Source: a virus
Taxonomy: Duplodnaviria; Heunggongvirae; Uroviricota; Caudoviricetes
Virus record (IMG/VR): IMGVR_UViG_2703718836_000006
Direction: 5' to 3' (one strand)
Length of the DNA: 13,937 nucleotides
Shown here: positions 8,778 to 13,937 of the stretch, in pieces
Position numbering within the stretch: the stretch's first letter is position 1
Layout: each line of letters begins with the position of its first letter
Made by a program: the position numbers and the translations under genes
The notes under the pieces: generated by a model
The model's input: only the letters and a program-made list of their open reading frames with translations
What the model was told of the DNA's origin: nothing
Database searches by the model: none

Positions 8778-8818
8778 GTTTGGGACCCTCATGTTTTGGA
8801 CCCTTTGTGTTGGGTCCC
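8775..8818. promoter_or_regulatory. Tandem copies of a GGGWCCC-containing motif (CATGTTTGGGACCC / CATGTTTTGGACCC / TGTTGGGTCCC) overlapping the integrase start
   Basis: Read from sequence; GGGACCC and GGGTCCC are self-complementary. Both candidate int start codons lie inside repeat units. Confidence 0.4.
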
Positions 8819-8875
8819 AAAAAGGGTGCCATAACGAGTAGATTCTAGCAATTCTCGGTAGACTACTATAGACGT

Positions 8876-8909
8876 AAAAAAGCCCGCAAGGCTGGTTCCA
8901 TGCGGGCTT
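8876..8909 (-). terminator. Rho-independent terminator on the minus strand (stem AGCCCGCA/TGCGGGCT, 12-nt loop, then T5)
   Basis: Perfect 8-bp GC-rich stem 8881-8888 / 8901-8908; the minus strand reads stem-loop followed by TTTTT (plus-strand AAAAA at 8876-8880). Lies between the tmRNA 3' fragment and the int start. Confidence 0.6.
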
Positions 8910-8943
8910 GATAGACTTCACTGAACTTCAATATATCAAAAAT

Positions 8944-8973
8944 TGGTGGAGCTGGCGGGAGTTGAACCCGCGT
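8944..8973 (-). other. ssrA: 3'-terminal ~30 nt of a tmRNA (ssrA) gene (T-arm + acceptor 3' strand + CCA): attachment-site core copy, not an intact gene
   Basis: Minus strand reads ACGCGGGTTCAACTCCCGCCAGCTCCACCA: T-stem GCGGG/CCCGC with a 7-nt TTCAACT loop, acceptor strand CAGCTCC, discriminator A, CCA. This matches my recollection of the enterobacterial tmRNA 3' end. The sequence 5' of it (8974-9100, minus sense) is AT-rich and has no tRNA-like or tmRNA-like structure. Confidence 0.65.
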
Positions 8974-9114
8974 ATGATTGAATTTATGTGTATGAAAAAT
9001 AAAGTTTAATTTCTTCCTGCAATCTTTGCGTATCAAAAACGTGCACTTCGTCATTATTTTATAGTAATTTATTTTGCTCATTTTTGACTAGACAGATTTG
9101 GCTGAGGTGTCGCC

Positions 9115-10038
9115 ATGGAACTGTTGATTTCCCCAAAAAGATTGTGCCTTTATAATGATTCTGATCGCCGTGTTACAGCTAAGTTTTTGAACTCAGTTGA
9201 TAACACCCTTGCGAGAGCATCTGGACAAGTGGTTATAGACTTTTCGACAGTAGAATATGCAGGTGCTGCAGCTAGCGTAAGGTTGTTTGCTATCATCAGT
9301 AGGGCTTATTTTATGGCATTCGGCACAAGTAGTCTTCGATTCATTTGGCCGAAAAAAGAAAATAATCCGTATGGGCATCGATATATTGTTGGGACGGGGT
9401 TATCGATTGCTCTAATGGCAAATACAGTTGATAAATTAGATGTTCTTACTAAGGAACGCAGGTACTTTCAGTCTGCTGTGGAACCGTATGAACATTGGGC
9501 TAAAACGATGGAATTTATTGATTCAAAAGCAATTCTCACATTTGAGCAATATCTTTTGGTCTCCTCAGCCCTTAGTGAGGCAATGCTGAATGTTTCATAT
9601 CATGCATATGAACATCCAGACTTTGCTGGTGCTATAGAGCATATGCAAGGGAAACGATGGTGGCAGAGTTGTTGGTACAACCCTGACACAGACAAGGTTG
9701 TCTTTATTATTTATGATCTTGGGCTTGGCATACATAAATCATTTACTTCAGCCTCTCCGTTGTTTACTGGGTATGACGACGTGACATCTGTGTCAACAGC
9801 CCTGACAGGAGGACAGTCCAGATATGTTAACGCTGGACGTGGTAATGGTTCTGAGGATATAAAGAGACCTATAGGGTCTGGCTGTGCGAATTCAGAATCA
9901 CTTTTGGTGTTCACAGGGAATGTTAAGTACAGCTATAATTCAAGAAATGAGGTTCCCAAATGCGAGTGGATACCTGAGTACATGCCGGGAACATTGATTG
10001 AATGGTCATTAGTTCCGAGGAGAGGAGAAGATGGTTAA
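9115..10038 (+). CDS. GHKL-family ATPase/kinase-like protein (RsbW/SpoIIAB-type HATPase domain in the C-terminal half; N-terminal half unassigned)
   Basis: 307-aa ORF with RBS GAGGT 6 nt upstream of the ATG. N-box 'LSEAMLNVSYHAYEH' (E...N...HA), G1 'IIYDLGLGI' (DxGxG), Gly-rich 'GRGNGSED', C-terminal 'MPGTLIEWSL'. Confidence 0.65.
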   Translation: MELLISPKRLCLYNDSDRRVTAKFLNSVDNTLARASGQVVIDFSTVEYAGAAASVRLFAIISRAYFMAFGTSSLRFIWPKKENNPYGHRYIVGTGLSIALMANTVDKLDVLTKERRYFQSAVEPYEHWAKTMEFIDSKAILTFEQYLLVSSALSEAMLNVSYHAYEHPDFAGAIEHMQGKRWWQSCWYNPDTDKVVFIIYDLGLGIHKSFTSASPLFTGYDDVTSVSTALTGGQSRYVNAGRGNGSEDIKRPIGSGCANSESLLVFTGNVKYSYNSRNEVPKCEWIPEYMPGTLIEWSLVPRRGEDG

Positions 10039-10372
10039 CATCGTCATAGCAAGGGATTTCTCAAAGATGCCATTTGGAAGGTTCAAGTCTGACAGCCCGA
10101 ACAGTGCTGAGCGTTTTCGTAAGGACTTTCTGGTTCCTGCATTAAAATCTGGTGAGCGTGAGGTTGTCGTAGATTTTACGGGTATAAATCATGGGATTGG
10201 TTCTTCGTTTCTAGAGGAGGCCTTTGGAGGGCTTGTTAGGAAGGAAGGTGTACCTAAGGCTGACATTAAGGCAAAACTAATTATAAAAAGTGATTTGCCG
10301 TTCTATAAAGATCAAATTTTTAGATATATTGAAATGGCTAATCCAGAAAGGAAGCCTTTCCAAAGGAGTTGA
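10031..10372 (+). CDS. Small STAS-like (anti-sigma-antagonist-fold, DUF4325-like) protein, translationally coupled to the GHKL gene
   Basis: 113-aa ORF; start overlaps the upstream stop by 8 nt; AGGAG immediately upstream. 'EVVVDFTGINHGIGSSFLEEAFGGL' resembles STAS-like domains that partner RsbW-type kinases. Confidence 0.55.
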   Translation: MVNIVIARDFSKMPFGRFKSDSPNSAERFRKDFLVPALKSGEREVVVDFTGINHGIGSSFLEEAFGGLVRKEGVPKADIKAKLIIKSDLPFYKDQIFRYIEMANPERKPFQRS

Positions 10373-10373
10373 T

Positions 10374-11003
10374 TTGAACACCGTTGATATTAAGGACACC
10401 CTTGCAGGGGTGTCCACTTACGCATGGATGTTTAGTGTTGTGAGTATTATCTTAGTGTTTATTGGATGGTTTGTTACTTACAATAATTCACTGAAGATTG
10501 CTACTCGCTCTGAATCTAAATCGATTATAGATGCGATTGCTAAAATTTTAAACGAAATATCAGATTTGTCTCTGGATTACTGGGTTAATAAGTCAACACC
10601 ACCAGATTCTAATCCATTTAAGAAAAAAAATTTTAAGAACTCTAATGGATTGCATACTCAGTCGGCGAAAATATATTTAACGGCAATTCATGGAAAAGCC
10701 ATACAAATAAATAAATACATTAATCTTCTCGATGAGAGGGGGATAAAAATAACAATTTCGTATTTTTCTAATATTATAGATGAAGCTACTATGGAATGTG
10801 AGAAATCATATTGTTTTAATAAGTCATATAGGGTTTTTCGCGCTCAGAATGTATCTAGTGCTTGTGTCGATTTCATAATGCATTTATATGATTCTTTTCA
10901 AAAAAATCATCCGCCACGTAAGCCTGTATATGTATTGAAAACATTAAAACAATTGGATTGTTACTTGGATAAATGGCATAATGAATTATGTGGGCGGCAA
11001 TAA
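10374..11003 (+). CDS. Hypothetical membrane-anchored protein (single N-terminal TM helix 'MFSVVSIILVFIGWFVTY'); start uncertain
   Basis: ORF track gives 10290 (a GTG, overlapping the upstream gene by 83 nt). I favour TTG at 10374, preceded by AAGGAG at 10363-10368; ATG at 10428 is another option. Low GC. No recognisable catalytic motif. Confidence 0.45.
   Translation: MNTVDIKDTLAGVSTYAWMFSVVSIILVFIGWFVTYNNSLKIATRSESKSIIDAIAKILNEISDLSLDYWVNKSTPPDSNPFKKKNFKNSNGLHTQSAKIYLTAIHGKAIQINKYINLLDERGIKITISYFSNIIDEATMECEKSYCFNKSYRVFRAQNVSSACVDFIMHLYDSFQKNHPPRKPVYVLKTLKQLDCYLDKWHNELCGRQ
10394..10415. other. Perfect 8-bp inverted repeat GGACACCC-ttgcag-GGGTGTCC
   Basis: Read from sequence; GC-rich dyad in AT-rich context just after the STAS-like gene stop. 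Confidence 0.3.
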
Positions 11004-11011
11004 ATGCCGCC
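10993..11011. terminator. GC-rich hairpin GGCGGCA-ataaa-TGCCGCC between convergent genes; putative bidirectional terminator or att-proximal structure
   Basis: Perfect 7-bp stem spanning the stop of the plus-strand gene (11001-11003), 5 nt from the stop of the minus-strand integrase (11016-11018). No strong T-tract. Confidence 0.35.
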
Positions 11012-11015
11012 ATAA

Positions 11016-12182
11016 TCATTGTATAATGTATTTGATGGAGCTTTTTCCGTCGTATTCTTTGAGATATCGACCATAGTGCCTGAAAAGCATCTCAGGCCCT
11101 TTATGCCCCATTTGAGCTGCAAGCCAAAACAGGTTCGCTCCCCGGCTGATATGGCGGGTGGCGAATGTATGCCTGGTTTGATATGGGTTTCTGTAACGAA
11201 TACCTGCTTTTCGTAATGTTGGCACCCATGCTTTTTTCCTTATTGCATCAGCACTTGCCCAAGGCTTATTGGTCTTTGGGTCTTCAAAGACAGTAGCATC
11301 CTTCATGAATGTAAATGGCTTCTGATTTATCAGCGCCAACATTGCCTCTTCTGTCAGTTCAACTTTACGAGTACCTGCTTTTGTCTTTGTCCCTTTGATA
11401 ACACCGACAACACTTGCGCTCTGGACATGGGCAGTTTTTCCAACAAAGTCGATATCACGCCATCTAAGGGCACATAATTCAGAACTACGCAGGCCTGTAT
11501 GTATAGCGAACCGGAACAGATTCTCCCATTGTTTGTTTCCGGCTGCTGCTAGTAATGCATCAACTTCTGTTGGTGATAGCGGATCAACCACGTAGCAACT
11601 TTCTGCTTCTGACTTATCACTTTGGTAGCGCGAAGCAGTTACCAACGATACGGGGTTAATTTGAAGTACCCCATCGGTTACGGCTTCATCAAGTGCTGAC
11701 CGCAGGAAAGATAACTGGTTGCGAATTGTTTTTAAGGTCGTTTTCTGGCTTTGAATCCACGCTTTCAGGATTGCTGGTGTTAATTCACTTGCAGGGCAAA
11801 TGTGGAGTGAGGCTAACGCACTACGGCATTTTTTATAACCACCAATCGTTGAGGGTGAGAGTTTTCTCGTTTCGCAGATTTCAAGATATTCGTCCAGGTA
11901 CATTTTTACCGTTTTGCCTGCAGCAGCATTACCAAAAATTTTCAAACGAGCAGAACGGGGAAAATATTCCGCATAAATGAATGTTCCCCTTTCGATCTTA
12001 TTATGAATTTCGCCGAGTGTGCGCTCGGCGTATTTAATGTTCTTTGGTGTTACTTCCAGATTAGAAAGAGGCTCACGACATTTAACTCCTTTGTAGGTGA
12101 AAGTTATATTGATCGTTTCGCCCTGGCGGTGTTTCCTGATTGTTACGCCGCGCGGTAGTTTGAGCAGTTTTGTCTGGCCCAT
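11016..12182 (-). CDS. int: Phage-type tyrosine integrase (lambda-family catalytic domain with N-terminal arm-binding domain)
   Basis: 388-aa ORF; catalytic residues in context: 'AIHTGLRSSELCAL' (Arg), 'RHTFATRHISRGANL' (H-x-x-R), 'LFRHYGRY' (Tyr nucleophile). GC content visibly higher than the cargo. Confidence 0.9.
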   Translation of the reverse strand: MGQTKLLKLPRGVTIRKHRQGETINITFTYKGVKCREPLSNLEVTPKNIKYAERTLGEIHNKIERGTFIYAEYFPRSARLKIFGNAAAGKTVKMYLDEYLEICETRKLSPSTIGGYKKCRSALASLHICPASELTPAILKAWIQSQKTTLKTIRNQLSFLRSALDEAVTDGVLQINPVSLVTASRYQSDKSEAESCYVVDPLSPTEVDALLAAAGNKQWENLFRFAIHTGLRSSELCALRWRDIDFVGKTAHVQSASVVGVIKGTKTKAGTRKVELTEEAMLALINQKPFTFMKDATVFEDPKTNKPWASADAIRKKAWVPTLRKAGIRYRNPYQTRHTFATRHISRGANLFWLAAQMGHKGPEMLFRHYGRYLKEYDGKSSIKYIIQ

Positions 12183-12361
12183 TTTGCAACCTCACTAAGA
12201 TCAATCCACCTCTCCTTAACGCCTTCAACCTTTAAAACCTGAACACCTTCACGCCAAACACCGCGCTGTACACGTTTGTTTATTGCTTCAGGAGTTTCGC
12301 CAGTTTCTTTGCAATAAGTTGAGATAGGAACACAATCGAGGTTCAGCATATGTTTCTCCAC
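12143..12361 (-). CDS. xis: Excisionase (Xis)-like small DNA-binding protein
   Basis: 72-aa ORF immediately upstream of, and overlapping by 40 nt, the integrase, the usual xis-int arrangement. 'TPEAINKRVQRGVWREG...EGVKERWIDLSEV' resembles lambda-type Xis winged-helix sequences. Confidence 0.6.
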   Translation of the reverse strand: MEKHMLNLDCVPISTYCKETGETPEAINKRVQRGVWREGVQVLKVEGVKERWIDLSEVAKWARQNCSNYRAA

Positions 12362-12408
12362 TTAGCCCGCTGCACACGGGCAGTAATATCAAATTCCAGT
12401 CCTGATAA

Positions 12409-12624
12409 TTAATTTTGTTCTCTGGTTGCTACGTGTTTTATTGGCCTGATGCTGTCCAGGAGCAGACGGCGGCGCATGTTTGGCGCGCCCCAACGGTAAC
12501 CAGTCTTTTTGTCGTAGGATTCACAACGTCCGGCAACCCAGGACGTTTCAGTAGAATGTAATTTCATCCGCTTTTCACCGTCTCGGGTGATAACAATTCC
12601 TGTATGAGTTTTTATCACGCTCAT
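12409..12624 (-). CDS. Hypothetical prophage early-region protein
   Basis: 71-aa ORF, co-directional, overlapping the upstream gene by 4 nt; no recognisable motif. Confidence 0.45.
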   Translation of the reverse strand: MSVIKTHTGIVITRDGEKRMKLHSTETSWVAGRCESYDKKTGYRWGAPNMRRRLLLDSIRPIKHVATREQN

Positions 12625-12983
12625 TTCTTAGTCTCCGGTGCTTTCGGCATTACTGCCCAGTGAGTGATATTGACGTTTTCAAGGTCCCCGACCTGAAATG
12701 TCCACTGCCATTCTCCGGTTTCTTTTTGCCCCCATGTGTACCAGAGAGAACGCCAGCCAATCAGCCAGCCTTCTCCATTAGCATCAAATAACAGAACACT
12801 TTCATTTGCTGGCGGCAGTTCAGCTGACACTGGTATTACTTTGTTTTCCAGTGCTGCACATTTAGCTTCAAGCGCATCGAATTTACGTACCAGGTACTCA
12901 GCATTTGTTTCGTTCACTTTCAGATCTCGCGGTACACATCTCCCACGAAGAAACCCTTCCATTTCGAAAACATTCATGCGCAT
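12621..12983 (-). CDS. DUF551-like phage protein
   Basis: 120-aa ORF; C-terminal 'GEWQWTFQVGDLENVNITHWAVMPKAP' matches the conserved Trp ... (V/I)THW-x-x-MP tail I associate with DUF551 prophage proteins. Confidence 0.5.
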   Translation of the reverse strand: MRMNVFEMEGFLRGRCVPRDLKVNETNAEYLVRKFDALEAKCAALENKVIPVSAELPPANESVLLFDANGEGWLIGWRSLWYTWGQKETGEWQWTFQVGDLENVNITHWAVMPKAPETKK

Positions 12984-13537
12984 TTGCGTAACTCCGATAA
13001 CTCGTTAAAACGTTCCATAAACATCCCGTAGGCATGACCTGGCGACAGTGGAATAACTTTGAACATCTCTGTTGCCGGGATACCTTCCAATACAGGCCAG
13101 AAAGAGCCATCATCAAGTCCGAGATCGCGGCGTTCGGTTGCCAGCATAATGAGATCGGCATATTTCACTGGCGTGCTCATAACAGGAGGTAACCCGTATT
13201 TCTCACGGATTACGGCGTCTATTTTTTCTTCCATCCGTTTATAGTCAGGAAGAAGTCGTTTCAGTGGTGCGGGGATGTCCTGGCAATACGCTTCTGTTGC
13301 ATCATGCATTAACGCTTCAAAAGCAAATTCCTGCGGCACCAGTTGGCTGCAAAGCACTGCATGCTGGGCGACACTGTAGAAGTGTGATAGATGTCCTGCA
13401 AAGCGACAGATATTTGAAAGGGAAACCGCGATATCGTTAATCACGATGTCGTCTTTATTTATCTTGTCATAATAAAAATGCTTCCCGGAAAAAGTTTTAA
13501 TAAATGACATTTTGTTCTCCACGTATATGCGCTGCAC
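12974..13537 (-). CDS. HD-domain phosphohydrolase (YfbR/YfdR-like putative 5'-deoxynucleotidase)
   Basis: 187-aa ORF; HD motifs 'FYSVAQHAVL' (His) and 'EALMHDATEAY' (His-Asp), plus a later Asp in 'RRDLGLDDG'. Confidence 0.65.
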   Translation of the reverse strand: MQRIYVENKMSFIKTFSGKHFYYDKINKDDIVINDIAVSLSNICRFAGHLSHFYSVAQHAVLCSQLVPQEFAFEALMHDATEAYCQDIPAPLKRLLPDYKRMEEKIDAVIREKYGLPPVMSTPVKYADLIMLATERRDLGLDDGSFWPVLEGIPATEMFKVIPLSPGHAYGMFMERFNELSELRKCA

Positions 13538-13565
13538 CGCGCTGAATTCGGGTAAAAGGAAGCCC

Positions 13566-13883
13566 TCACCATCCGGCGATTATTGAGTAAATTATGTTTC
13601 CATAAATGCCCCCGCAGGGGCATTTGCAGGCATCGATAAAGCAGCGGGTGCCCTCATCTGCAAGATCTTTAGAATAACGGGTAAAGTCATCGATGCTGGC
13701 AGTGGAAAGCGCACCACGGAAACGGAAGCGATTTAAATTAAATTTTTCCAGATCATGAATGCGGAAATTCTCAGGCAATGCCACAGCATCGGCACCAATC
13801 TTACTGATAATTTCATTAACACCCTGAGCAGAAATAAGGGCATGGATTTGATTAATTGCGGTTGCGTCTAAGTTCTGAGACAT
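13566..13883 (-). CDS. Hypothetical prophage protein
   Basis: 105-aa ORF co-directional with the prophage early genes; no recognisable motif. Confidence 0.45.
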
Positions 13884-13937
13884 AATAAGTCCTCACTATA
13901 TAAAGATATTCAGTGATGAGATAAATAATCAGTTAAT

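Larger units (their letters stand above)
1..8973. mobile_element. Integrase-proximal arm of an ssrA-associated integrative island (P4-type int plus low-GC cargo); extends beyond the left window edge
   Basis: tmRNA 3' core + terminator + P4-type int in the canonical order and orientation; cargo GC content visibly lower than the integrase and prophage segments. Confidence 0.5.
11016..13937. mobile_element. Integrase end of a lambdoid-type prophage or prophage remnant (int-xis-early genes); continues beyond the right window edge
   Basis: Co-directional overlapping int/xis and early-gene operon on the minus strand; gene content typical of enterobacterial prophage left arms. Confidence 0.6.

Noticed and set aside
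7957-8841. Plus-strand ORFs 7957-8214 and 8611-8841
   Set aside because: Antisense to the well-supported P4-type integrase gene; shadow ORFs.
8778-8921. N-terminal extension of the integrase ORF to 8921 (457 aa)
   Set aside because: The extension has no similarity to integrase N-termini and would read across the intrinsic terminator at 8876-8909; the conserved arm-binding domain starts at the ATG at 8777.
8866-9081. 71-aa minus-strand ORF
   Set aside because: Spans the terminator hairpin and the tmRNA 3' core; a translation artefact of structured non-coding DNA.
8944-9310. An intact tmRNA (ssrA) gene next to the integrase
   Set aside because: Only the last ~30 nt match tmRNA/tRNA-like structure; sequence beyond 8973 is AT-rich with no pseudoknot-rich or tRNA-like features.
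9193-9914. Minus-strand ORFs 9193-9378 and 9711-9914
   Set aside because: Antisense inside the GHKL ATPase gene; shadow ORFs.
11019-11980. Plus-strand ORFs 11019-11216, 11395-11595 and 11693-11980
   Set aside because: Antisense inside the lambda-family integrase gene; shadow ORFs.
12736-13244. ORFs 12736-13008 (+), 12898-13161 (-) and 13059-13244 (+)
   Set aside because: They overlap the better-supported DUF551-like and HD-domain genes in other frames or antisense; no motifs.
1-13937. CRISPR array, rRNA, intact tRNA, or IS element with terminal inverted repeats and transposase
   Set aside because: No regularly spaced direct repeats, no rRNA-like conserved stretches, no complete cloverleaf, and no DDE/HUH transposase-like ORF were seen.

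Overview
This window looks like a mosaic of mobile DNA built around a tmRNA (ssrA) attachment site, not ordinary core genome. All calls rest on motifs read by eye from the six-frame translations; no database search was possible. Left to right: (1) a low-GC, co-directional gene pair, a NACHT-type STAND NTPase (5'-truncated at the window edge) overlapping by 1 nt a RelA/SpoT-like nucleotidyltransferase, which is my lead candidate for an undescribed sensor-effector immunity module; (2) a ~1 kb coding-poor spacer with hairpins and palindromes; (3) a low-GC minus-strand operon of a large serine recombinase followed by two paralogous ParB/Srx-like HTH proteins, sitting at the window centre; (4) a P4-type tyrosine integrase preceded by a 30-nt copy of the tmRNA 3' end and its own intrinsic terminator, but with no intact tmRNA beside it; (5) a GHKL (RsbW/SpoIIAB-like) ATPase plus STAS-like protein pair and a low-GC membrane-anchored protein; (6) the integrase-excisionase end of a lambdoid-type prophage (int, xis, DUF551-like, HD-domain hydrolase). 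No rRNA, intact tRNA or CRISPR array was seen.
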